64,000 nucleotides of DNA. It comes from Flaccisagitta enflata (Eukaryota). The position numbers and the translations under genes are program-made. The stretch's first letter is position 1, and each line of letters begins with the position of its first letter. Location of the stretch: positions 25,234,001 through 25,298,000 of the forward strand of contig OZ231126.1 in NCBI GenBank assembly GCA_965153355.1, written 5' to 3'. The notes beneath the pieces are model-generated. The model saw only the letters and a program-made list of their open reading frames with translations. It ran no database searches and was not told where the DNA came from. Shown in pieces: positions 1 through 14,295 of the stretch.

Positions 1-19
1 TGGAAAGAGGTAGTAAAGA

Positions 20-360
20 AACCAGCAATCCAAGAATTGAACATGGTCAGCGGTATCCGTTCAATTACCGCTGCTCAATCACTGTGGCAAAGAAGTGGGA
101 TGAGAGCAGGGCAGTATCCCTATAAAGCCATTGCCTTGTACAACACTGGGGTAAATTTTACTATGTCTTTCAATCTTGTGAGGCTTAAAAAAGCCTCACA
201 AGATTTTTGAGGTTGGTCTCATTAAGTTGTATTAAAGTTCAAATTTGGCCTCCCAAATACGTTTCAAGCCTCCTTTTTGTCTGTTTAGAAAAAAAACCTA
301 GCTCCTAGAAATTTACCCCCGTGTTCTATAGGACATCGCTCCTTTGGGACCGCTGCCCTA
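20..360 (-). mobile_element. Degenerate HINE-like element, long-IR family C
   Basis: End motif catggtcagcggta at 42-55 and inverted pair gcagggcag..caacactggggtaaattt (106-158) / aaatttaccccc gtgttctataggac..ccgctgccc (309-358), as in the copies at 33989 and 35721. Confidence 0.6.
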
Positions 361-1985
361 ATGGGTCTGAAGCATGGGACCAACAAAAAAATTCTGCGAC
401 ATTTCTCTTTTTCCAGTTGCAAATAATACCGCCTTGCCTCTATCTCACGCACGAGCACAGAGCTGTGCCATGAGATATCCACCTTAGGTAACCTTTCTCA
501 CTCTCACTGTCTAAGACTTTGCCAATTATGCAAACAGATATGTAAATATCATGCAAACTTTCCCCCGGCTTTGGATTCGCATGAGAGCTTTTTTTGGTAA
601 TATGTGTGGGAGCAAAGATAAACAGATTGAGGTAGAAACTATGGAGAAAGCTGTAAGAAATGAGAGGAACAGTAAGAAGTTGAATATGGAGACATTTTTA
701 CTTTTATGTAACATTTACAGATCAACTTCCTCCCTAAGACTAAGGCTCTTTCTACTATCTATTTTACTCTATCTTGTTTTGAAATGAATAAAAAAAAGAG
801 TTTTCACTCAACTCAATAACAAAGACTGCCATCTGAAAATGATTTAACATGACGGGAATGATAAATTGCCTGCAATTTCATTGTCTACTCTGCCTGACAA
901 ACAACCTTAGTCAATCTTGGCTCAATGACAGAGAAAGACAATCTCGACAATTCCATATCCACCTTCATTCCAAAAGGCAACTCTCATTTGTGTATATCAA
1001 CGCAAAGTCTAAAAGACGAAAATAAGTTCGATTTCGACAGGAAATAACTGATGGAACGCCTCTGGCAACATTTCTCACCTCGCCCACCATTCGTCTTTAT
1101 ATCATGACAGGCCTCAGTGCCTGACGCCGCGGTAAGCCACGTCACACCGGGCCGGTAAGCCACGTCACATCGGGCCGGTAAGCTCACGACGTGACTCCGA
1201 CGCGGGCAACCGATGTCACTTGACGCACGCGCGCCTTAAGCTTAGACTCTCACATCACGCGGCCTGGAGAAATTGGAATCCAGAAACTCTGGTTTTAGAA
1301 CCTTTTTGCTGGTTTCAGTCTTGTCGTTGTACCCGTGTCTCTTTTCATGCTTCCCATGTACCCAATTAGTTTGGAAGCTATCAGTGTATCGATCAGATTT
1401 GATAGAGGGTCTATCGATCGTTGCATTCCAGTGAAGATTTCTTGGGGCTTTTTTTCCTGCGACTATCATTCTTATTGCCACCTAGCTTTTGTAAATGCGA
1501 AGCTGAAATTGGCTGAAATCTATACCGCCTGTCTCGGCAAGTTGCAAATTTGTTTGGTTATTTTAACAGTGCATCATCTTGATTGCTTTCCTTCAACGAG
1601 ATATATATAACTTTTTCTAATTATCTCGGATTTAGTTATACATTATGACCAAGCTGTAAAAAGGTGTTTACCGTAGTTTTAGATTGGTTGAGGTGAGGGA
1701 CCATCTACAGTATGTCTGGGCAGCAATTACATCACACGCCCCTTGATTCATCTTCTCTTCTTTCTCACTCCTCCCACACAGTGAGAAGTCTGGATGTAAA
1801 GCTTTTCCCTCCCTGGAGAGAAAACGACTTATAAATTGTACGACGACCACCAATCCACCAAATTTCTGTCAGCCAATTCAAACCTCCCCCCTCCAGCCTC
1901 ATATTGGTCGATAATTGACCATCGCGAGCGAATTGGGCGGATGCAAGGGTCATCCAAGGGTCATCCTCTATCAACGCATGACGTC

Positions 1986-2090
<105 letters not shown>

Positions 2091-4059
2091 GACTGAGATT
2101 GACGGAGGGACCGATCAGCTGATAAACTCGACAGTAATTGTTCTCGCTCGTAGACTCACCATGATCACGATCGAGGGAATGACGAGATAGGGATGACTGC
2201 AACGTCAATGACGACGATGACGATTACAATGACGTCGATGACGGCGATAACGACGACGATTTTTGACGTAACTTGGGATGTCAACCATTTGACCATTTAG
2301 GAAGAGTATTGTCAATGTACATCGTCTCTCTCTCTTCCAACTTCCATCCCCTAAAACAGCGATCACGTGGAGTGAATTTTGGATAACTCGGACTCGATCT
2401 GTCTTGGGTTGTCAAACGTACGACGGGACGACTGACATTTGGTGACGTTTGGTGACAATTTGGCCCTGCCTTTCTCGTTTACCCTTTCAGTAAAAGCCAG
2501 TTCTTGAGTAAGATGATGCATCACCTCATTTCTGGATTTCCGCGTAATTCGAATGTTTCTTTTTTTTTCTATTGGAATGGATTGCGGAAGTATGGATTGT
2601 AAGTCCCATTTCATATCAGCCACCCCGTGGTTAAGTACAAAAATGTCCCATTGGCAGCGATCATCTCTGTCTCAGTGTCTCACTGCCTTTGACTCATATG
2701 ACTGTCTCTTCCTGGCCCGGCTGTCTCTTTTCCCTCTCTTATGATTCACGTCGTAACTAAGATGGGAAAATGGATTCGAGCTTCAGGAACGATGAGGAGA
2801 GAAACTCAAGGTTGTTTCAAAGCATTCAACAGTCAGTGTACTTCCCCACTCCCCCCCCCCACCCCTCATCCCCATCTCTCATCCCAACATTGACTTGGAT
2901 CAAGAAGCTAACTCAATTGGAATTAACATTCTTAAGGACAAGGCAGGGGTGTATATTCTTGCATAAATTTATTAAAGGGTTTGGAGATGGGGAAGGGAAA
3001 GGAAAGGGGGAAAAAAGAGAAAAAAGAAAATTTATGGAAAATATTGATTTTGGCAGTACCAAATGATAAAACCTAATTAGTACAATACAATTTAACACTA
3101 ATCAAATCTAAAATATACAATATTGTTGCTTTATGGGGAAAAAAATCATAGATTATGCAATGTCGCGGGGAAGGAAATCAAAAGCCGTGCAACAATTTAC
3201 AACCCTGGGACAAGGACTATATCATGACAAAATGCCTTGCATGAACCGATCCACTATCTAACCAACGCATATGAAAAACTCGTGGTAGCATATTTCAGTA
3301 AAAGGACGTCTTTTTAAAATGCACCCACTAGATGTATCCAAAAAAAATCAATGGGTCTCTTTTTCAATTACATATAAAAAAAAGTGACAAGGCAGAAAAA
3401 TTACCGATCGATTACGCAGAGTTTAATTCTAAATTTATAGGTCGATATTGGTTTTCTTTCTTATCTTTTTCTCATGTTTTTTTTATTTTTGTTACTTTCT
3501 ATTTTTTCATTAAGATACTGAAAGATTAAAAACTGAATTGCGACCAAATCGAATCCTCAGACGATACGAGTAACGCGTCTGGATCTCGATGGGAAGGCAG
3601 TAATTATTCCCATTGTTGATTGTCATCAAATGTCATCAACTGTCATTCGCGCTCCTCATCACTGATTCTAGGACGATCCACATCCTGCCTACTTTTGGCT
3701 TGACATCAGCTGACTCTGTGCTGCTGAGGGGGACTACGTGTCCTATTTCCAACCTTGTTTATGAATCTTCTCCCTCATTCTTTTTCTTCCTATTTGTGCC
3801 TCTGTCATGTTTGTGTCTCTCCAATCGTCAGATCTGTTTATCTCTGTCTGGTATCTCATGAATCGTTTTCCAAATCGAACTTGTCTAATGTCTATTGATT
3901 TGAATCATGATTCATGAGGTTTCTGTTTGTTTTCTTACTAAAGTATACTAAACATTACTTACTAAACTATACTGAACTTGCTTCGGTTTGTACCGGTCTG
4001 TCTTTTCTTATTTTGTCACTATTTTTATGTGCCTCTCTATAGGTCCGTATAAGTCTCTT

Positions 4060-4125
<66 letters not shown>

Positions 4126-4948
4126 AACTTTGGATTTCTTATCTGTTTTTCCCTCTTCAGTTTTTTTTTCTTTTTGAGTCTCAACATAACAGAGTTTTGA
4201 ATTTGACCCTTCTCCGGTTCGCCGTTCGAAGTCATTCGAATTTTCGTCGTCGTCGTTATTATCGTCGTCATCAACCATGTCATAAATCAAACTCTGGTTT
4301 ACCTCTTGTCACCATCTTAAATTGATCTGTGACGTTGACAAAGCCGGGGACGGTGGTGACGACGACGATGACGACGGTGACGACGACGATATCGACCGCT
4401 CGGTGACATTTCCTCCTCCCCTTTAACTTGTTGTTTGCTCTTCTCAATGTGCCACGGGGTTTTACCACCCAGAATACTCGTCTACAATAATTAATTCCGA
4501 ATATATAATATGTGGGCTCACTTCGAGGTCAACTTTTTTTTTTGTCAATTTGCCAAACCACGACATGCTGTTTAAACTATATTTCTTGATTCTCCTTTGT
4601 CTTATATGGGTGTCTTATATGTCCCTTTCAATGAACTGGTGACTATCAATTTAGTGACTATAAACATAGTGATAATAATGGTAATAATGATAATGATAGT
4701 AATGAAAATGATAATCATATTAGAGAAAACTACAGAGGAACAGTAAAAGGAAAACCAGTTTAAATTCGAGAAAATAAAGAAAAGCAATAGAGAGAAAGAA
4801 AGGGAGAGAAAAAAGGGAAAATGTTTCTGCCCCAATATTTCCCTGCTTTTCCACCAACTCTGACATTTCTTAATTTAAAAAATCCACATTCTGCCAGAGA
4901 AACTTAACCGGGTGTCACTCTCTCTCCCTCCCGATTCTATTAGAGTGA

Positions 4949-5054
<106 letters not shown>

Positions 5055-5287
5055 AAGACAAATAGACATACAGACAGACAGACAGACTGATAGATAGACT
5101 TATAGACTGACGGACAGAGACAGACAACTGATAGAAAGAGAAGTTGACATACAATTCTGTATCAGAGGGATCAGTGAGATATCTAAAAGATTGTCTGTTC
5201 TCTGATAAGACTGTAAGGGAAAAGAAATATTTATGGTCACCAGAGTATTTGGACAGGGGCAGTGAGGCCAAAGGCCGAATAAACATG

Positions 5288-5412
5288 AAAACAAGGCCAA
5301 GTAGGCCAATAAGGTGCGACGTGTGGATCGTCGAACGAATGCGTTACCCCACAGACCGACCAACAGACTAACGGATACAGCCAGTTATAGAGGTGCTTTG
5401 TCGCACCTAAAA
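5288..5412 (-). mobile_element. HINE-like element, AGGTGCG family
   Basis: On minus: ttttAGGTGCGACaaaGCACCTctata, GTCG-type microsatellite, GTCGCACCT, hairpin GGCC-tactt-GGCC, ttgttt. Near-identical copy at 43327. Confidence 0.75.
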
Positions 5413-5575
5413 CATGTGACCGACAAATGCGTTGCAATGGATCGACAAAGCGTAGCACTCGACAAAAAAAGCCTTTATATGTTTTTATTGATCATAATCT
5501 CATGTTGACAAAGCAGAAGATTTTACTGTCGGAATTAAAATCTTACATCAATGAAATCACTCTGTTTGTTTCCTC

Positions 5576-6014
5576 TTGGGCAGCGGCCCCAAAGGGGCCG
5601 ATGACCTATGCTTTCACACATAGGGGAAATTTCCCCTCTTCCTCCTCCTTCATTTCTCCGTCCGTCAACCCCCTTCAAAGCTCAAATCCCAGCCTTGAGG
5701 CGCAAATCCCAGCCTTAAGGCCCAAATCCCAGCCTTGAGGCCCAAATCCCAACCTTGGGGCCCAGATCCCGACCTTTAGGTCCAAAACTGAAAGCCTTGA
5801 GGCCAAAATCCAAGCCTTGAGGACCAAAACCCAGCCTTGAGGCCAAAAATCCAGCCTTGAGGCTCAAATCCCAACCTCGAAGCCAAACTACCAGCCTTGA
5901 GGCCCAGAAACTTGCTAAGCATAGGTCGTCGGCCCCTCTAACAACATTGCACTCAAATACACTCTCATAGGGGCAACGGGTACCGCTGACCATCTGACGC
6001 TTTTGCGACTATTT
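5576..6014 (+). mobile_element. HINE-like element, long-IR family B with 21-bp tandem array
   Basis: Starts ttgggcagcggccccaaaggggccgatgacctatgc; about ten units like gaggcccaaatcccagcctt(g); inverted aagcataggtcgtcggcccct; ends ggtaccgctgaccatctgacgcttttgcgactatt. Other copies at 33541, 35940, 58131. Confidence 0.75.
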
Positions 6015-6070
6015 GGTATTCTTCAAGGATCTTTCGACGTCTTTGTCTTTTTAAGCCGTTTAATGATTTC

Positions 6071-6168
6071 GGGTTAGGGGTGGGGTTAGGGTTAGGGATG
6101 GCATTGGGATTAGTTTAAGGGTTAGAGGTAGGGTTGGCGTAAGGGCTATGGTAGGCTAGGGTAGGCTA
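6071..6168 (+). repeat. Degenerate TTAGGG-like G-rich repeat
   Basis: gggttagggg tggggttagggttaggg...gggttagaggtaggg. Confidence 0.55.
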
Positions 6169-6204
6169 GCTCGAATTAAAGCTTTGCTCTGGCGGGGGAT
6201 TCCG

Positions 6205-6402
6205 AAACAAGGCCGGATACACGGCTACCGAAGTTGCGTGTGGGTGGACAGGGGCCATATTTGAGGTCACCAGACCATTTGGGCAGGAGCAGTGAGGTCC
6301 AAAAATAAAAATCATAAAAAGAAGTAAAGTGTGACTGACCGACCGATCGACCGACCGACCGACGGACAAAGCGGGGTGAGGGTCGCTTGCACGCGAGTAA
6401 AA
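6205..6402 (-). mobile_element. HINE-like element, family A
   Basis: aaacaaggccggatacacggct...(gacc)n...gtcgcttgcacgcgagtaaaa; reverse complement of the 13139 copy. Confidence 0.8.
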
Positions 6403-6744
6403 AACAAAGGACGTCAAAGATTTGTTGAAAATTGCTAGTTTGTCTACCTCGAGCCCCTCGTAAGTTCTAGTAAAGATATCCTTGGACCCCAACTGGAAAT
6501 CAATAATCAATTTGAAAAAAAAAAAAGAATATTTATCAGTATGCTCCCTACTGTGAATTTGATGAATGGTGACTACAATTCTTTGAAAATGAAGATGAAA
6601 CCTAAAAAGCATTCTATTATATTGTATATTAATGTTAGCTTTATAAGAGCAAAGATTCATTCCTGAGCCATCATCAGTACATAATAGCTTTTTGACTTGA
6701 AAACAAACTGTAAAAGGCAAATGGAAACGAGCTCTGCATTTTTG

Positions 6745-6810
<66 letters not shown>

Positions 6811-6871
6811 CTCCTCTTGCTTTGAGGCCCAACAGTGTTACAGAAATAGAGAATGAAACAGAAAGAGCAAG

Positions 6872-6986
<115 letters not shown>

Positions 6987-9006
6987 GAGAGAGAGTCTGA
7001 GCACCAGTCAGATATTAGATGATTAATGACGAGGTCTTCAGTTGTTAAAACAAAGCGGCCGTTCGTGAAAAACTCGCGCTCCAGTCCCGCTGGCCCTCCT
7101 TCTCGGCTCTTGAGGCAGACCGACGAACCGACAGACTGACGAGCCAAAAAAAAGAAAAAAGACCGACAGACCAACATACAAACTATCTTTGTTCTTTTTT
7201 TTCTCGCTAGACATAGAGAGCGGGAGCCAATTTTCAAATTCTGGCTTTTTTTTTTTCGTTTTTCTTCTTTCTGTCGAGTTTTCTCATAGCAACTGATAAA
7301 CAGCGATGATCGAGAACAAGCTAGTGGGGGTGAGGGCAAGGAACGGAGGGATCGAGGGCGAGGGCAGGGGAAAGAGGAATGATATTCAGGGCGAGAGAAA
7401 TGAAGGGCGAGGGCATGGGAAAGAGGGACCTAGGCTTGGGGAGACAAGGGATGAAGGCGAGTGGGAAAAGCACGCGAGGCAAGGGGAAGAAAGGCGAGAG
7501 CAATGAAGAGAGGAGATAAAGGGGAAGTTTGGGGTTAAGGCAAGAAAAAACAAAGGGATACTATACGAATTTTTAAGAAAGAGACACTTTTGAATGGTTG
7601 ATTTCGCTATTGAAAATCAAACAAACAAATCAAAATCCCAGACCACTTTGAAGCCCTTGTAAACCTCTTTCATATGGCCCCAATCTGGTATCTCTATCGT
7701 TTGGAAATGACATTAGTTTGAGTGGAAATGTTGGCAAATTTGTTTTTGCGGTCCCTTTAAAAAAGATGCAATTCAGCAAAATGGTGTCTCACTCAAGAGA
7801 AATCTAGCTCCTAAACTGTTAAAGATACAGATCTGGGATTGGTCTAGAATGAAAGATATTTTGAAATTCTTCAAAATCACCTTCTCTAATACATTTTCTA
7901 AACACTTTTTAAGTCAGTTTTATCAGCGAATAAAAAGGTGCGTCTTTTTTTTTCAATTCGTGTAGTAAAGTCTAAAGAAGCAAAGAAATAAGGTTATAAT
8001 GGATAAGGGCGTGGGAGATGAAACTGTTATTAACTGTTATGAATCATGAGTTAGAATGATGCGTCAGGAGAGAAAAACAAACTTGCTTAGCTTTTAACTG
8101 GCTGGTAGGAAATGCGAATTAGACGAAGAGGAATTTCTCTCTCTTTCAACCGAAGACAAGGAGGTCGAAATTCTTGGAATTTCAGGCCTTGACGTTTTGA
8201 TATGGGAAAGAGTGAAACTTAAATCCTGCCAAAGAAAAACCTACAAACTACAGTAGGTCATTCACACTCGAGCTTTTTTTACTTCTGGGTTAAAAACTGG
8301 AAAAAAAACCTATGGCGTGCCGCCCCGTTGGTTGCCGACCCCTGCCAACAAATTAATTCTGAGTGTGGTGGACCAAAATTGATTGACTAAGATGATAAAG
8401 TGAATGAATACATAAGCATTTTCTGATTGTAGTTGTTTATTTATCACTTTAAAAAAAATGTGACCGGTGTACGCATTGTGTCGCTCATACGACCTTGTCC
8501 TTCATTACTCTTTAATAGAGAGGCAGAAAAAAAGTTTAGTTTTCTTTTGTCAAAGAGAAAAAAGAAGACGATCAATCAAAAAGATAAGGCCGTAACGCGA
8601 TCGGAGGCATGCTAAAGTGATTGGAGGCATGTCAGCGTCATCAAAGGCATGTTAACTAATGCAAAGCCCTTTTTGTAAGTTTGAATTTTTTTTAGAAAGA
8701 AGGAAAATATCATAAAAAGAGACTAGTAGTAGTTATCAGTAGAAATGGTAATAAATTAAACGATGATCACTTCTAATCAATAGTTGTAGTATGCGGTTTT
8801 TAGGCCAGGATGACCATAAAGGGAATATATAATGTTTTAGACGGGAAATGGCCGTGTTTTTCGGAGTAATGATTCGACAATTAAGAGCATGCAACCCTTT
8901 TCGTTAATGAGCACATAAATCAACCGGAGAGTGGAAAGAGAAGCTCTTCAGGCCCACCGATCAATCCTTGAATTACAAAATGTCTCAAAATTTATCGAAA
9001 GATTTT

Positions 9007-9043
<37 letters not shown>

Positions 9044-9680
9044 TCAAGAGTCGAGATCAATCTTTGGGTGGCAGAGATTCTAGGGTGGGTGACCTGACTC
9101 TTCAAAAAATTACTGAGAGCCTATCTGTTTTGTGTTAATTGTTTACAAAATCTTTGTAATTAATGTTTACTTAAAAATATTTCGGAATCACACATTTTGC
9201 CAGCCTAATGTAAATAGATGAGTGGATGACAAGGATCTTGTAAATCATGTTTTCTCCTGCTCCCATTCTTCCCTCCCCATCGTATCTCATTCACTCCCCC
9301 ATTCTGACTTTTTTTGTACTTTCACTATTACTTTTTGAATCCTTTTTTGTCGAGGGCAGCGGCCCATTAGGACTGATCTGATTATATTTTAAGTTTGATT
9401 AGATTTCTACATTCACACGCTAGTGATGCAGAGACTACAGTGTTGAGAAGGATACCACTTTTCCAACTACTTCGGTTACTCGACATCCCCTTTCCCACAC
9501 CACTGAAAATCCTCCACCATCTTACGAGGTATTATGAAAATTTGATCCGACAGTAAGGCATTAAGAAGGATACCACTTGCCCAATTACTTGAGTTGTTGG
9601 GTTTCTTAAAGGCACCTCTCCTAACCCGTACACCCCTGGGTAATTCACCCTCTGATGATTTTTTTCTAACCTTCTCCAAA

Positions 9681-9870
9681 CGCGTGTTATGCGACTCTAC
9701 ACCCCGCTTTGTCGGTCCGTCCGTCGGTCCGTCCGTCCGTCACACTTTACTTTTTTTTGGTTTTTGCGATCTTTGGCCTCACTGCTCCAGCCCAAGTGAT
9801 CAAGTGACCTCAAATACGGCCCCTGCCCACCCGCACGCGACTTGGGTAGCCGTGTATCCGGCCTTGTTTT
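9681..9870 (+). mobile_element. HINE-like element, family A
   Basis: cgcgtgttatgcgactctac, (gtcc/gtcg)n, cacgcgact, gccgtgtatccggc hairpin, cttgtttt. Confidence 0.8.
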
Positions 9871-11671
9871 TTTCCTCCTCTCTCCCTGCTCCCTTTTCTT
9901 CAGAAAAGTCAAGAAAAAAAAAAGTTTTGAGTTAAACGAATTAGTTGTTGTTGTTCATAGTTGTTGTGTGGTCCAGACTATTCCTGGGCCAAGTCAATTT
10001 TGTGTTGTGTGTGTGTGTGGTGCGGAGAGTCGAAACTTCTAACATCTGAGAGAAGAGAAGAGGACGGGGTTAGAAAGAGGAGGAGCTTAGGAAATCAATC
10101 TTTGTTCCGACATTATCGATCCAGCTCAACACCTTTTTACTTCCCGTTTTAAGCCCATTTTTGTCGGGTTTTGTTCTCTTTATTAGGTCCGAGTGCATGT
10201 GTGTTTTTGTTTTCATAAAAGTTTTTTTTCTTCTTTTCATCCAAGGGTGTGTGTGTAAGGGGGGGTGGGGGTTGTGCGTGTGAAAAATTATTGAGATATG
10301 ATAGAGGGAATATCTAGATATTATCTAGATAATGCGCCCAATGCGAAAACCCCTCTTAATTTAATGTGTTCATTTTAAAACGGAAATCGTTCGTAAAAAG
10401 ATAAGAATTACCATTCAATGTTTCCTTTTTCTTTCTTCATTATACGTCCATTTGGTTGTTGAAACAATTGACAGAACTTTTAAATAATGAAGACCCGACG
10501 GCAAAATCTTTTTTAAAACTTCTGTAATGATGATCTTTCATTGTTTCGGATAGAATGAGATGATTTATGCAGCTTTCATCATGACGACGGAATACAAAAG
10601 CAGTACAGTAGAGTTGTGTTTAATGCTTAAAAAGCTTCAGAGCCAGAAATATAAGACGGCGTCCCTCCGAAGCCAACATTTGTGTTTCAAAGAAGGTCAA
10701 AATAGAAAAAATGAATAAATGCAAATGCAAAAACAAGTGAATAAAAGTGATTGAGATAGGTCAGATATGATATTGAAAAAAAAAATTTGCATTTAATTAG
10801 CAAGAGAAGCCAGTTTAGCCAATAATACTTTAAAAAAATTATTGAAAATTTCAACCTTTTTTATTTTTGGTCACTGATAGAGGGCTGGTCGAAATTCTAA
10901 ATTTGCATAGAGAATGAAAGAATGCAAAAACCAAGAACATAGTTCTCTTCCCAAATCGATTACAGAGAGAACTATGTTTTTCAAAATGCAAAATTTCCCT
11001 ATTTGTGGCTTTCTTAGAATCTCGATCTAAGAAAATAGAAAAAAATGTAAGCAGAAATTCACTAAAAATCATCATTTTCCTCCTTGTTTTCATGTGAACT
11101 GCATAGTTCAAATCAAATTTTAGGTCAAATTATGATAAAGTTGTATGCACCAAGTATCTTTAGAGACAATTTGTCAACTGAAAGCATTCCAGCTTCATTA
11201 CTGTCCTGATAATGATGCGAAAAGTATGGTGAAACACTTCATTTTCCTTCAAAGATTTGCCGTCATAAGACTTTTCAATTTGCATGCATGATGCACTTGC
11301 ATTATTTTGTTATTGCCCAGCCTCCATTTAGACAATATTTGATTTACAAAGGCTATTAGAATGTCGGTAAAAATTGAGTTAACTCATCTCGTATGTTCCA
11401 AAGATTGCTAGTTTGGCAATTGCTAGAATGGTTGTCCATGCACGAAGGATCTTGAGAAAAAAAGACGAGGCATTTTTCAGTCCTTAAATTTTTTCTTTCC
11501 TTCTAGATACATCAAAATATAAACAAATCTATATTCAGAAAATAAATCTATATAATAAAGAACAAGGATCAGGATGAGATGATAAAATAGCCTTACTGTA
11601 CGCACATCCAATAGAAGATTAATAAGGTTGATACCACCTTGTCTGCTTCCTGGTTATTTGGAGATGTTGCA

Positions 11672-11727
<56 letters not shown>

Positions 11728-12129
11728 AGTAAGTGCGTGCGTGTGTGTAACACAGAACAGAGATACAGTCAGACACAGTCAGACGGGGGGACCCAGAATA
11801 GGCAGTGGAACTACCAAAAAGTAAGACGGAAGAATAGGCAGAGAATTAGAGAAAGAGCAAGAAAGACAAAAACGGAGAGAGTAAGAGTTAAAGAACAAGG
11901 CGCTTAATTTGATGAGGGGCCAAGATTTTGATAAATGTAGACGAGGTTGGCAACGGGAGACTTTCAGAGGGTGGCATATTAGACGAATTTATAACTTAAT
12001 TTGTAAACACTTCGTCATCTGCTGTCACTGCCAAAGGCCATTAGATGGAGACGCATGGAGAATATCTCTCTTATCAAGTTGAAAGAAATAAACAGAAAAA
12101 AGAAAAAGAAAGTGGAAAAGATGGCAAGA

Positions 12130-12166
12130 AAAGAGAGAAAGAAAGTAAGAAAGAAAGAAAAAAACA

Positions 12167-12238
<72 letters not shown>

Positions 12239-12299
12239 AAAAAGAAAGAAAGAAAGGAAGAAAGAAAGAAAGGAAGAAAGAAAGAAAGAAAAAAAGAAA

Positions 12300-12372
<73 letters not shown>

Positions 12373-12433
12373 AAAATGAAACATAGAGTCATAGAATCAA
12401 GGAAACAAAGAAACAAAGAAACAAAGAAACAAA

Positions 12434-12491
<58 letters not shown>

Positions 12492-12612
12492 AAAAAAAAA
12501 CAGAAAGGAAGAAAAAAGAAAGAGGAAAGAAAGCAAGCAAGCAAGCAAACAAACAAGCAAGCAAGCAAGTAAGAAAGCAAGCAAGCAAGCGAGCAAGCAG
12601 GCAATCAAGAAA

Positions 12613-12690
<78 letters not shown>

Positions 12691-12730
12691 AGGAAAGAAA
12701 GAAAGTAAGATAGAAAGAAAGAAAGACAAA
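12130..12730. repeat. Compound (AAAG)n/(AAGC)n microsatellite
   Basis: Directly visible; source of the K/E/R-rich ORFs. Confidence 0.95.
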
Positions 12731-13138
12731 GAATGAAAGAAAGAGAGAAAGAACGAAAGAGAGAAAAAGATAATGAAAATGGATAGAAAATGCTGTGGTG
12801 AAAGAAATTTTCAGTTTTTTGAACTCTTGAATTGGAAAATGCTTCAATTTACATTTCATCCTCATCATGTGTCAATGATTTTAAAAAATCGGTTTCTCTG
12901 AGTTTTTAAAAGACCTTTTTTTGCTGAAATACCTCTGTAAATCTATTATCAAAGTGAGCAGTTTTGCAAACATAAATATCAAATTTGTATCCATTTAAAA
13001 CTGCCTTTTTCCAGGTGTGCTACAGGCACCATTTATACCATTTTTACTATATGATGTACATAGTACAGCTTCAGATGACGTCTCATGCCCATATTCAGTT
13101 TTATTCAGCTCAACAGCCCACCCATTTCATTTCATGTC

Positions 13139-13330
13139 TTTTTAGTCGCGTGCACGCGACTCTACAACCTGCTTTTTCCGTCCGTCTGTTGGTCGGTCGG
13201 ACACGTTTTACTTTCTTTTATGATTTTATTTTCTGACCCCACTGCTCCTGCCCAAATAGTCTAGTGACCTCAAATATGGCCCCTGCCCACCCGCACGCGA
13301 CTTCGGTAGCCGTGTATCCAGCCTTGTTTT
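13139..13330 (+). mobile_element. HINE-like element, family A (clean reference copy)
   Basis: ttttAGTCGCGTG-CACGCGACTctaca, GTCY microsatellite, 3' CACGCGACT, GCCG-tgtatc-CAGC hairpin variant, cttgtttt. Confidence 0.85.
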
Positions 13331-13584
13331 AAAGCCTCTCGTTTCATACTTGCAGAGAGATACTCCTTCCTCATCGTTTTCCTCCATTTCTGACTTTTTT
13401 CCTCCTTTTTCTTCTTTTTCCTCCATTCCAGATAATTTTCACTCCTTTTCCTGGTTGCGAGAATTATATGACTTGCACAACATTACATTACAACCAAAAT
13501 TAGGATAAGGATAAGAGCCTTGGGAACAGATTCCGTTTTAGAAGGAGCTGGAAGGAACACAACTGCACTCAAACATATGCACAG

Positions 13585-13737
<153 letters not shown>

Positions 13738-14055
13738 GTACACACATACCGATGAATGATTTGAGAAAAGTAATGAAAAGGTGGGATCTTAGATCCGTAT
13801 ATAAAGGGAAATTAACAAGAAAGAAACCGAAAAGGTGTTTTTCTTTCCTTTTTATAAGATTCCTCTCGTGTTTATGGCTTCAGCCGAAGGGAAATGAGGC
13901 AAAAAACGAATAAAGGAAGAAAAGATAAGTTAAAAAGAGAAAGAGAAAAAAAGGAAGAAAAAACCTTATGGGATTCTTGATTCTTCTCATTTTCTTCGAC
14001 GTTGATTAGGATGGATGGAAGTTGATTGACTTCCAAACAACTAGAAATCAGAAGA

Positions 14056-14098
<43 letters not shown>

Positions 14099-14295
14099 TT
14101 AGTCTGATATCAAACGGTGGCCTTCGTAAATAGTAAGAAGCCTTGTTTTAACAGTTCTGAATAAATCTCTGCATGCAACGCGTTTTCAGAGGAGAAATAC
14201 ATCCACAAATAAAATGAACGCAGCCTGATGGTTGGTTTAATGAAGTCAAATATTTTCAATCTCTTTTTTGTCCATTCCTTCCACAGAGAGTTAAC

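Noticed and set aside
1765..1974. DPWM peptide as a possible Hox hexapeptide
   Set aside because: On the minus strand, opposite to Hox4, and not YPWM.
8329..8344. hAT/Charlie-like terminus ggttgccgacccctg
   Set aside because: No partner TIR or 8-bp TSD found, so I cannot delimit an element.
12015..12868. Long K/E/R- or F/L/S-rich ORFs (also 28329-29374, 39788-40844, 44813-45665, 58981-59560)
   Set aside because: Translations of microsatellites.
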